Source: Eledone cirrhosa (taxonomy: Eukaryota). Taken from it: a stretch of 64,000 nt of DNA. The notes under the pieces were generated by a model that did not search any database, had not been told where the DNA came from, and was given only the letters and a program-made list of their open reading frames with translations. Location: the NCBI GenBank assembly GCA_964016885.1, contig OZ024744.1, forward strand, positions 111,662,001 through 111,726,000. The letters are read 5' to 3'. Every line of letters begins with the position of its first letter. Position 1 is the first letter of the stretch. The position numbers were made by a program, and so were the translations under genes. Shown piece by piece: positions 53,835 to 64,000 of this stretch.

Positions 53835-55010
53835 TGCACAGCGATGTATTTAAAGATTATTTTGCACACATACACACTCAGTGTTGTCACCCTGTGGGAC
53901 ACAATCTGTAAGTACCACCGTGTGTCCTTTTAGTCCAGAACTAGTTCTACACACTTTGTAGCATATCACACACGTTGTTTCACCAGGTCTTTGTTGAGTG
54001 GTGTTACAGGTAGTTATCCTTTCATGTGACTTCAGGTGATTAACATAATCAGCCTTGGAGAGTACACACACTGGTAGAAATTACATGTCCAGCTACTGAT
54101 GACTTCCGGTGATTAACATAACCAGCCTTTGAGAGGAGTACACACTGGTAGAAATTACATGTCCAGCTACTGATGACTTCAGGTGATTAACATAACCAGC
54201 CTTTGAGAGGAGTACACACTGGTAGAAATTACATGTCCAGCTACTGATGACTTCAGGTGATTAACATAACCAGACTTTGAGAGGAGTACACACTGGTAGA
54301 AATTACATGTCCAGCTACTGATGACTTCAGGTGATTAACATAACCAGCCTTTGAGAAGAGTACACACTGGTAGAAATTACATGTCCAGCTACTGATGACT
54401 TCAGGTGATTAACATAACCAGCCTTTGAGAGGAGTACACACTGGTAGAAATTACATGTCCAACTACTGATGACTTCAGGTGATTAACATAACCAGCCTTT
54501 GAGAGGAGTACACACTGGTAGAAATTACATGTCCAGCTACTGATGACTTCAGGTGATTAACATAACCAGCCTTTGAGAGGAGTACACACTGGTAGAAATT
54601 ACATGTCCAACTACAGATGACTTCATCTAGACTGTGACCACAGCCCTTCCAGAGCTGACACTTCAGTTGTTTATGCTCTAGGTGACATTCCTCACAAGTT
54701 TTGTAACTGCCCTTTATGTGCTTTCTCTCCTCAGCCCTATTTAGAGCTATCTCCTCACAGTTGTCTTTATCAAATGTCAGCTCTTTGAGGGTTGTTCTTG
54801 ATACTCTCCTTGTACCTCACTTTCAGTTTGTGTTGAGGCCTTTTTCCAAGATGGAGCTCACCGTAAAACAGTTGTTTCGGGATCCTGCTCTTTCTTTCAT
54901 GCGGACGATATGTCCTGTCCAGCGTATTTGAGAAGATGTTACTTGGGACTCAATGTTTGGACATTCTGCTTTGACAAGGACATCGATGTCAGGAGTTCTG
55001 TCTTGCCACA
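53835..55010 (-). mobile_element. BovB-like RTE LINE 3' fragment containing a 74-bp x8 tandem array (54028-54625)
   Basis: WQDRTPDIDVL...QIRWTGHIVRM, terminal CVICYKVCRTSSGLKGH finger. Repeat units start at 54028, 54101, 54175...54545. Confidence 0.85.
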
Positions 55011-55448
55011 TACATGCCTGCCTACCTACCTACCTACCTACCTACCTACATACATAGACACTGTGTTTCTTCTATTGACAGGTCTTAAATTATCCCCCCC
55101 CGAAAAAAAACAACAACAACAACAAGGTTCAAGAGTTTTGTTAAAAGTATCATTACACTATCAAAATAACATAAAAAAATAAAAGATATATATTATAGTT
55201 ATAAACAATATCATTAAAAGTATTTATTATATTAATAATCACCAAGACTGTGGAAATCTGAGTTTTATATTATTTATTATACTAATTTCGGGCTAAGGCT
55301 TATATTGGACAGCAACATAAAAATCATGCTAGGGCTTATAATAGGGGCAACGCGGTATGAGTATTAATCTCCTGTAAATTAGTTGTTCCACAAAAAGGGA
55401 TCGGTAAAATGATTACTAGACAGTATTAAGATCAATATTATTGACAAA

Positions 55449-55720
55449 AAGGCGGTGGACTGGCAGTATCGGTAGAGGGTCGGACGCCATGCTTTCCAGC
55501 ATAGTTACGTCCCTTTACGATCCGAGTTCAAATCCCGCCGAGGTTGACTTTGCCTTTCATCCTTACGGGGGTCGATAAAATAAAGTACCAGTAATGCACT
55601 GGGGTAATTGCTGGCCTTGTGCCTAAAGTAGAAACAAATATTATTGACAAAAATCTGTTTAAGACAATGCCCCGGCATGGCCACAGTCTCATGACCGAAA
55701 TCAGTAAAATGAATAAAATG
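55449..55720 (+). mobile_element. SINE family 2 copy (with 3' tail)
   Basis: Family 2 head and core, followed by a GCATGGCCACAGTC...GAAATCAGTAAAA tail (tail also at 60040-60105). Confidence 0.85.
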
Positions 55721-55767
55721 GATTTAAGTAGAATGAAAGGAGTGAGGCACAGAGTTTGTGTGAGATA

Positions 55768-55910
55768 GTTGACAGTAGAGGGTGGGGGTGTGCTACATGT
55801 GGCATGGTTCACAGTAGAGGGTGGGGTGTGCTACATGTGACATAGTTGACAGTAGAGGGTGGGGTGTGCTACATGTGGCATGGTTCACAGTAGAGGGTGT
55901 GATGTGCTAG
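55768..55910. repeat. About 39-bp tandem repeat (ACAGTAGAGGGTGGGGTGTGCTACATGTG...), about 3.5 copies
   Basis: Direct tandem repetition. Confidence 0.85.
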
Positions 55911-55941
55911 ACAATAGAAAGTTGAAAAACAACCCACTTGA

Positions 55942-56638
55942 CCCCCACCACCACCACTACTACTACAACTACCACCACCCCCACTACTACCGCCACTACC
56001 ACCACCACCACCACTTTACTACTACTACCACCACCGCCGCCGCCACAGCCATTACTACCACTACTCCCACCACCACCACCACCAGTACTACCACAACTAC
56101 CACCACCCCCACCCCCACTACTACCGCCACTACCACCACCACCACCACCACTTTACTACTACTACCACCACCACTTTACTACTACTACCACCACCGCCGC
56201 CGCCACAGCCATTACTACCACCACCACCACCACTACTCCCTCCACCACCACCACCACCCCCACTACTACCGCCACTACCACCACCACCACCACTTTACTA
56301 CTACTACCACCACCGCCGCCGCCACAGCCATTACTACCACCACCACCACCACTACCACCACCACCAGTACTACCACAACTACCACCACCACCACCACTTT
56401 ACTACTACTACCGCCACCACCACCACTTTACTACTACTACCACCACCACCACCACTTTACTACTACTACCACCACCACCACTACCACAACAACCACCACC
56501 ACCACCACCAGTACTACCAGCTACCACCACCACCACTAGTACTACCACAATCGTCACAACTACTACCACCACCACCACCACCACCACTACTACCACAACC
56601 ACCACCACCAACAACAACAACAACAACAACCACCAACA
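55942..56638. repeat. Compound (CAC/TAC/AAC)n trinucleotide repeat with internal duplications
   Basis: The poly-T/H/P ORFs here are repeat translations. Confidence 0.92.
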
Positions 56639-56757
56639 TCCTCGTCATAGGCTAAGAGGTAGGGTTATCTATTAACCTTGACACAGTCTCAAACAACAGT
56701 CTTTCTCAATAGCTGGACATGTGATCTTCCAGATACAAAACAAATGGGAGGGAGTGT

Positions 56758-56790
<33 letters not shown>

Positions 56791-57035
56791 TGTGTCTGTG
56801 TCTGTGTGTCTGTGTCTGTGTCTGTGTGTGTGTGTGTATAAGCATTTGTATGAGAGAGTTTGTTTGTGGACAGCGTAATGTATGTATGTATGTATGTATG
56901 TATGTATGTATGTATGTATGAAATGTATGTGTTGTCGCTTTGTGTTGTGACTATGTATATAGTATATTTGTTTTGTGTGTGTGTGTCTGTGTCTGTGTGT
57001 GTGTGTATGTGTGTGTGTGTCTGTGTGTGTGTGTA

Positions 57036-57071
<36 letters not shown>

Positions 57072-57284
57072 AGCATTTGTATGAGAGAGTTTGTTTGTGG
57101 ACAGCGTAATGTTGTAATGTATGTATGTATGTATGTATGTATGTATGTATGAAATGTATGTGTTGTCGCTTTGTGTTGTGACTATGTATATAGTATATTT
57201 GTTTTGAAGGGGAAGAATCGTGTATGTATGCGGATATCTATGTGTGTATACCTGTATATGCATAGAGTGAACGCGCGCGCGCGT

Positions 57285-57317
<33 letters not shown>

Positions 57318-57408
57318 CGTGCGCACATTTACACGCACGCACACTTTAATTGTTAGTTTCCCCTCTTTAGTTTCTAGACAGTGCTATTAATTACACAAAT
57401 ATTTATAT

Positions 57409-57480
<72 letters not shown>

Positions 57481-57634
57481 AGAACAAAAGATGGTTAAAG
57501 GAGTTCCATGTATTTTATTATGCGCATTTCAAAAACAAACATCATCATGCAATAATATTTGTGTTTTCATCAGATAAAACAGGAGAACATGATATGAAGG
57601 CTAAAAAACACTTGTGGATAGTGCAGTTTTAAAT

Positions 57635-57692
<58 letters not shown>

Positions 57693-57747
57693 GTCAGAAT
57701 ATAGTCCAAACTTAGTGTATGTGTGTACAGTCCAACATTTGTACGAG

Positions 57748-57964
57748 ATACATACATACATACATACATACATACATACATACATACATACATACATACA
57801 TACATACATACATACATACATACATACATACATACATACATACATACATACATACATACATACATACATACATACATACATACATACATACATACATACA
57901 TACATACATACATACATACATACATACATACATACATACATACATACATACATACATACATACA
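57748..57964. repeat. Pure (TACA)n microsatellite, about 54 units
   Basis: Seen directly. Confidence 0.97.
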
Positions 57965-58057
57965 ATGATATTAAATAAATGGAAACTATATCTATAAAAC
58001 CATATTTATTTTATTATATATATTTCAAGGGTACCAAAACACTTTGGTACGCTTTTG

Positions 58058-58120
58058 TATTTTATCTGAAGAAAGCGTACCAAAGTGTTTTGGTACCCTT
58101 GAAATATATATAATAAAATA
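58058..58120 (+). ncRNA. Type I hammerhead ribozyme within an inverted-repeat element (57972-58155)
   Basis: UAUUUUAU-CUGAAGA-AAG C GUACCAAA GUGU UUUGGUAC C CUU-GAA AUAUAUAU A-AUAAAAUA. Confidence 0.8.
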
Positions 58121-58236
58121 AATATGGTTTTATAAATATAGTTTCCATTTATTTACTCCAGGAAATTTTTGAGTGCTCTAAATCAGTTATAAACATTTAT
58201 ATTTATATTTGTTGGATTTCCAACAAATTAAATATC

Positions 58237-58293
<57 letters not shown>

Positions 58294-59324
58294 AACACAC
58301 ACGCACTAAGTTTCCTATTTAAAACTTCTCAGACAGTATGTTTTGTGGCACCAGTTTAAAAATTCATGGGTTTACGAAACAAATATTCAGTCACGATTCT
58401 TCTCTTCTGAAGAGGTTGGAAGAAAATCTCTCATTTCCATCACAGTCTTAGACTTTCAGTTCTATTGCTTTATTAAAGAATGTTCTTGGACATGAATTAT
58501 TAGGGCATCCCGATTCCTTGATTAACACATACACACTCTTTGTGAAACCACAGTGGATACCCACCAGTTTCTGAGCCAGATTTATTTAGAAGGCATCTCT
58601 ACTCCTCTCCACAGGGTCCGTATCCGTGTCCTAATCGATTGCAAGTTTTGGGGTTTTTTTTTAAGAAAAGCAAAGCTCTCCCTACACACACAATAATCTA
58701 CCTCACTCTTGTGTAACCCCCTCCTGGGTAAACTTACTTATTTCACAGCTGACCTCTGTCACAGAATATTGTAGTATTTCTTAAGGGAATCAACCTGCCA
58801 CCACCACACTTATCTACTGCACTCTTGGGTAATTTCCTCTACATATTCGTTGGCTATACCCATGTATTTAACAGCCGACCCAAATGTCATAAATATAACC
58901 TTCTAAATAAATCTTTCACACATACAATAGAACAGTGGAGAATAAAGAAAAGGGGTTGATATCAAAAGGTTGCTCATTCAGACGCCCCCCCCCCCCCCCA
59001 CACACACACACTCCTGCAGCTTCACCTTACGCCACAGTAACATAAGATCATGTTTACAACACTGTGGTACCTACTTACAGCTAGCTGGACTGTATACATA
59101 CAGACACACAGACATAACATACATACATAGGTACATACACACACATTTATAGAGACAGATATACATACACACACTGTGATCCCGTTAAGGGCGAAAGCAG
59201 CGATTCTTTGCTTAAACTTTAATCTATTCTATAATAAATATTTGCTCTAGGGTTTATATATAAATATTATATATATATAACCCTTATTGAACACTCTTCG
59301 GATTTTAGTCTTCACATTTATTAT

Positions 59325-59372
<48 letters not shown>

Positions 59373-59437
59373 AAATGAAGTAATTCCGTCGGAAAAGTCC
59401 AGGAAAAAAGAGTGCTCTATGTAGGTAACAGAGCTTA

Positions 59438-59636
59438 ATAGTTATGTAATAAACAACATAAGGCAATTATTTCATTTACCAGTGGTTTCTTAAAAGCAAA
59501 AAAATTTGGCTTTCAATCATCAGAATGAAAAAATCCTGGATTTTTTCATTCTGATGATTGAAAGCAAAATTTTTTTGCTTTTAAGAAACCACTGGTAAAT
59601 GAAATAATTGCCTTATGTTGTTTATTACATAACTAT
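59438..59636. ncRNA. About 199-bp palindrome carrying a complete hammerhead on each strand (+59544-59604, -59470-59530)
   Basis: Centre AAATCC-T-GGATTT at 59537. Plus strand reads UUUCAUU-CUGAUGA-UUGAAAGCAAA...UUUGCUUUUAA-GAAACC ACU GGUA-AAUGAAA. Confidence 0.85.
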
Positions 59637-59740
59637 ATATATATATATATAGTTATGTAATAAACAACATAAGGCAATTATATATATGTATATATTAAAA
59701 TATAAGTATTAATAAAATAGATGTTCTTTTGATCAATTAC

Positions 59741-59793
59741 ATTTTATTATACATATTTCGGATGTACAACAGTACGTCCTCATCAGACAAAAT
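59741..59793 (-). ncRNA. Type I hammerhead ribozyme
   Basis: AUUUUGU-CUGAUGA-GGACGUAC UGUU GUACAUCC-GAA AUAUGUAU A-AUAAAAU. Confidence 0.82.
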
Positions 59794-60155
59794 ATAATGA
59801 TACATGACATACCCTGAGATGTTAAATGGTTAAAGATGTTAAAGATTTAATCAAGGTAGTGATTACCCGATAGAACATTTTACTTATATAATATCTATGT
59901 TAAAGTGCGAAAACGTAATAAATTCATTAGAGAATGCACGTGTAAGAAAAGAACTTTGCATGATGTAAGTGTGCTCCCAATCTACTGTAAAACTCATTCT
60001 TCGAATATTGTTTAACAACTTAATATATATATATATATCAAGGTGGTGCCCCAGCATGACCGCAGTCTAATGACCGAAACCAGTAAAAAAAAGTAAAATA
60101 AAAGAATATATATACGATATTAAACAAATGGAAACTATATTTATAAAACCATATT

Positions 60156-60221
60156 TATTTCATTATACATATTTCGGGGATACCATATTAAAAATATGGC
60201 ATGCCTTCTTCAGATAAAATA
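60156..60221 (-). ncRNA. Type I hammerhead ribozyme within an inverted-repeat element (about 60112-60398)
   Basis: UAUUUUAU-CUGAAGA-AGGCA UGCCAUAUU UUU AAUAUGGUA UCCCC-GAA AUAUGUAU A-AUGAAAUA. Same family as 58058. Confidence 0.78.
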
Positions 60222-61574
60222 CAATATATAAACAGTTTTATAAATAATTTTGACGTACCATAAATATTGAGCAACCGTTATGTAGGAAGCCGGTTTGGTA
60301 GAAGGCATGCCATATTTTTAATATGGTATCCCCGAAATATGTATAATGAAATAAATATGGTTTTATAAATATAGTTTCCATTTGTTTAATATCGTATATC
60401 TACTCCAAAACTTGTCGAGTGCTTTATATCAGTTATAAAATATTTACTTGTTGTAACCCAACAATTTTAAATAAAACTTTTGCATATATATATATATATA
60501 TATATATGAAAATATGGGTGAGAAGAATACTGCTGGTTGCACATGGATAACATGTTATAAAATGAGTCCCTCATCAGTGATTTACCAAACGATCATGGGT
60601 ATTTCATCGCATTAAAAATCATATACCTCACGTTGGAGCGATAATAACTAAAATAAGTTATTAGGACAATAAAAACGCGTAAAGCGAGTGAGACAAGTAA
60701 ACAACACAGGGGGAAGCTAACCGAAGATGGAAATAAACACAAGCAACATAGTTATTCTTTCAGCATAAGCTGTGTGAATATATGAGCGAGTCAGAAAACA
60801 GACCTTTCGCTAGTGAATCCGGTGTTAGAAAGAATGAAAACCGTTTTCTCAGCAAACGGGAGGAAGAAAGAAGGGGAGAAACAGGGACTGAGTGAGTGGG
60901 AGTGCGAGGAAGAGGTCAGTAGAGAGAAAGAGTTAACTGATATGGCAGAGGGGACGAAAGAAAGTAAGAGAAACAGAGAGAACGAGGGAGCAGTAAGAGA
61001 GAAAGAGAGAAACACAGAATTGCAGTTTGGGTAAATATATGAAAATATGGGTGAGAAGAATACTAATAGTCATATTAATATTATGGTTGATGTAAAGCAG
61101 AGGGATCTCACAGAATTGTTATATATTAATTTCAGAAACACTAAAGATGTTTCTGCTGACATTGAATTTCCACGTTACAATTACAGAGAATCTTGTTTTG
61201 AAAGATCGTATTTAAAAGGTTAGAGTCATTATTAGAAGAAGTTTCTCATTATAGGTATATATTTTGAGAAGTGTTATGTTCATACTTATAATTTGGTTCA
61301 GAGGTATCTAAATAAGATTCTCTAAGATTCTGTCATATAACTCTCACAAACAGTCATCTCTTCACCATGCCATACTTGAACTGTTTTTGAATGGTTTTTA
61401 TTAGAAACTTCTGTAAATTATTACCATATTGAATAAACTCTGATGATGCCAATCCTGAACCTGAATTGAAACCTATGGGTGAAATTATAAAATTATAACC
61501 CCACGGTGGAAATTCTATGTCAGCAGAAACATTTGTCAGTTTGATACTGCTTTGAATCTTCGGTATTTCTGAAA

Positions 61575-61628
<54 letters not shown>

Positions 61629-61900
61629 CAGGTTGCCAGGTTGTCCAATGGCAAGTGGGCCCCAGGGCGCCAACAGTAGCACTGCAGGGGCCCGCTCGCT
61701 CTAGTATTTTAGGGGCTAATGCCTTGCTTTCAAAAAATATCTTTTAAAAAATGTCTCAGAGAAAGAATAAACATTAAAAAAAGAAAAAAAAAAACAAATA
61801 AAGCATTTGGTCAAACAATTCTCTAGGGAATTAATAGAAACCAAAATATATGATAGTACTAACAGTTGGAGTCACTGGCTTACTGTATTTATATTTATAT

Positions 61901-61932
<32 letters not shown>

Positions 61933-62115
61933 ATATAAATATATATATATGTATAAATATAAATATATATATATATATATATATGTAGATAAATCTACCA
62001 AAATATACGGTAGTGTCCAATCCGTATGAAGAACTCAATGTAATCCAAATATCATGAAAAGAAAAGATGTATTCAAAAATTTTTTCGATGAAAATCACAG
62101 GAAAACAGAGTCAAG

Positions 62116-62154
<39 letters not shown>

Positions 62155-62163
<9 letters not shown>

Positions 62164-62735
62164 TAACAGATTAAAGTTTAAGCAAAGAATCGCTGCTTTC
62201 AGCCTTAACGGGATCTTCTGAAACTAAAACAAACAATCTGTATATATATATATATATATACATATATATATTTAATTATTATTGATTTTCATAACCTCTG
62301 TCATTTTCGTTCTACTAATTTATTTACATTATTCTTCACTCTGAAGCCAAGAATCATTCGGTTTCCTAAATAGAATATTAGTCTAATGACTCCATTTATA
62401 CCATAAACGAGGTTTTGTCTTTGCTGCGTGTAATCGTTCTCATCGCTCCACATAACAACGTATTATTTTCGCTTTATCCCGGTCATTGCCAGGGAACGTC
62501 TTCATGAACCAAAGTATCGTCTTCCTGTTTTCCTTCGAAATATTTTCTTCTGCGTTCACAGATTGATTTTTTAGTTTCAGAAGATCCCGTTATGAATGAA
62601 AGCAGCGATTCTTTGCTTAAACTTTAATCTGTTATTTTAATAAATATTTGCTTTAGGTTTCTTATATATTTGATATATATTTATCCTTATCGAGCCCTCT
62701 TTGGATTTTAGTCTTCACATTTATTATTATTACTA
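62155..62735. mobile_element. PLE-type family C element with inverted repeat and CAGAAGA-core hammerhead-like motifs (-62175-62225, +62573-62623)
   Basis: About 62156-62242 is inverted relative to 62557-62642. AGUUU-CAGAAGA-UCCCGUUA..-GAA AGCA...UGCU U-AAACU. Confidence 0.7.
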
Positions 62736-62839
62736 TATATATATATATGTATGTAAAAGGTAAACAGAAATAACAACACAATCGGGACAGTATATGGAAG
62801 GGATATGTTAGGTTAACGCTTGATATAGCAGGAAGAGGG

Positions 62840-62875
62840 TCTTAACGTTTCGGACGCTAGTCCTTCACCAGAAGA
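62840..62875 (-). ncRNA. Decayed minimal hammerhead (CUGGUGA core)
   Basis: UCUU-CUGGUGA-A GGAC UAGC GUCC-GAAACGUU-AAGA, the minimal PLE-type form with a palindromic AACGUU. Confidence 0.6.
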
Positions 62876-63169
62876 AAGAATGAGAAATAAGATAGAATGA
62901 GGGGACGGGCAGGTTGGAATTGGAAAAAAAAAAATTATGATTAACTTTTGTTTGTTCAAGTCACTAGGCATAACCCTGTCTCTCCGTTGCTGGTTTTCTT
63001 TCACGCTGTCTCTTTCTCCCTCCTTCCCTGGATCGCACAAGCTCTCTCTCTCTTTCCCTTTTAATCGCTCCTTGAATTTCTCTGTCTCTCTTGCTTTAAC
63101 CTTTTTCCTACCCTTCCTGCTACCCCTGTCTCTCTTCTCTACAGCGAAATTGACTGCATGCAAGGGGCA

Positions 63170-64000
63170 ATGCAATTAGAAGCCAATGAAATTGGACAAA
63201 GATAGAACTAGAGTTGTTGATCAAAGAATGGGACCTGGCTGATGGGTCACTGCTAACCAAAATAATTGTGGAGACTTTGAAGAGTCATGGCTTCCTGGGG
63301 ACTTTGGCACAAATAGAGAGGAAAAGAGAAATTGAGAGGGCCTATGTCTTCAGGGATGAAAAAACAGAGAGAAAGAAAAAGAAAAGGAAGAAAACAAACA
63401 CTGACCACAAAGGGTCTACGGAGACCCAGAAGGACCTGAAAACAAATGAGATACCCACCGCCACAGTCAAAGAAGGCAGGCCGGGCGAACAACAGGCAAG
63501 CAGTAAAAGTGAGACGAGAAATCACTATTCGAAGGAAAACAACCAAGCAGAGAGGGACCAGTGGACAACTGTCCAAAGGAAGAACAGAAGGTGCCAAGAC
63601 ACTGGGAGAAGAAAACCCAGGTAACATGCAAGTTCTTCAGGAACGAGATCTGCTGTCATGGAGAAACAGGGACAGGGTGTAGGTTCTCACCCCAGGCTCC
63701 AAGCGAGCTACGCCCAACCTACTCACACAAAATGCCCCAGCCAAAACCTGAACTGATGCAAACTGCCCCACAGAAGTATGCTGATGTCGCGCATGCTGCC
63801 CCAACAAAGAGGAGAAGGCATGCACATACAGATGAGATACAGACGGCGGCAGCACAGCAAAAGAATTTTTTAGAGGTGGCGGAGAGAATTGTGGGACAGC
63901 TGACCTGGCTGCATCGTTTTCAGAGCCAGCGTCACTCACACCAGCACTCGAGACCACCACAATTAAGGGACCCAGGATGGCCGCTGCTGACACCAGGCTA
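63170..64000 (+). mobile_element. Probable decayed LINE ORF1 region with a CCCH-type zinc finger
   Basis: Charged low-complexity ORF with WTTVQRK. An alternative frame reads KTQVTCKFFRNEICCHGETGTGCRFS(H)P. Frameshifted. Confidence 0.4.

Noticed and set aside
55859-56675. Mucin-like or poly-His ORFs
   Set aside because: Trinucleotide repeat, open in several frames, with no splice or domain support.
60540-60585. Minus-strand CUGAUGA as a hammerhead
   Set aside because: No GAAA or stem III follows, so it is too degenerate to call.
61630-61730. DNA-transposon end (GGGCCC-rich; a similar patch lies at 9430-9478)
   Set aside because: No matching second terminus or TSD could be identified.

Overview
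AT-rich, repeat-saturated animal genomic DNA. The SINE and LINE types and the microsatellite load point to an octopus or other coleoid cephalopod (inference). The only host coding sequence I can support is one 203-bp internal exon on the minus strand (40403-40605), encoding the basic region and first C2H2 finger of a Kruppel-like factor (KLF3/8/12 type), so most or all of the window is probably intron. The rest is RTE-clade LINEs (one with a 988-codon uninterrupted ORF), a Tx1/L1 3' end, two tRNA-derived SINE families, several minisatellites and Penelope-like element (PLE) remnants. The most notable signal is a dense set of about 18 type I hammerhead ribozyme motifs, intact or decayed, from about 10 unrelated short PLE-type families inserted in (TA)n tracts. 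Many sit in long inverted repeats whose breakpoints differ between copies. One family shows a replaced stem II with conserved pairing, and two families carry a non-canonical CAGAAGA core. All folds were read by eye and none were computed. Most ORFs in the supplied track are microsatellite artefacts.
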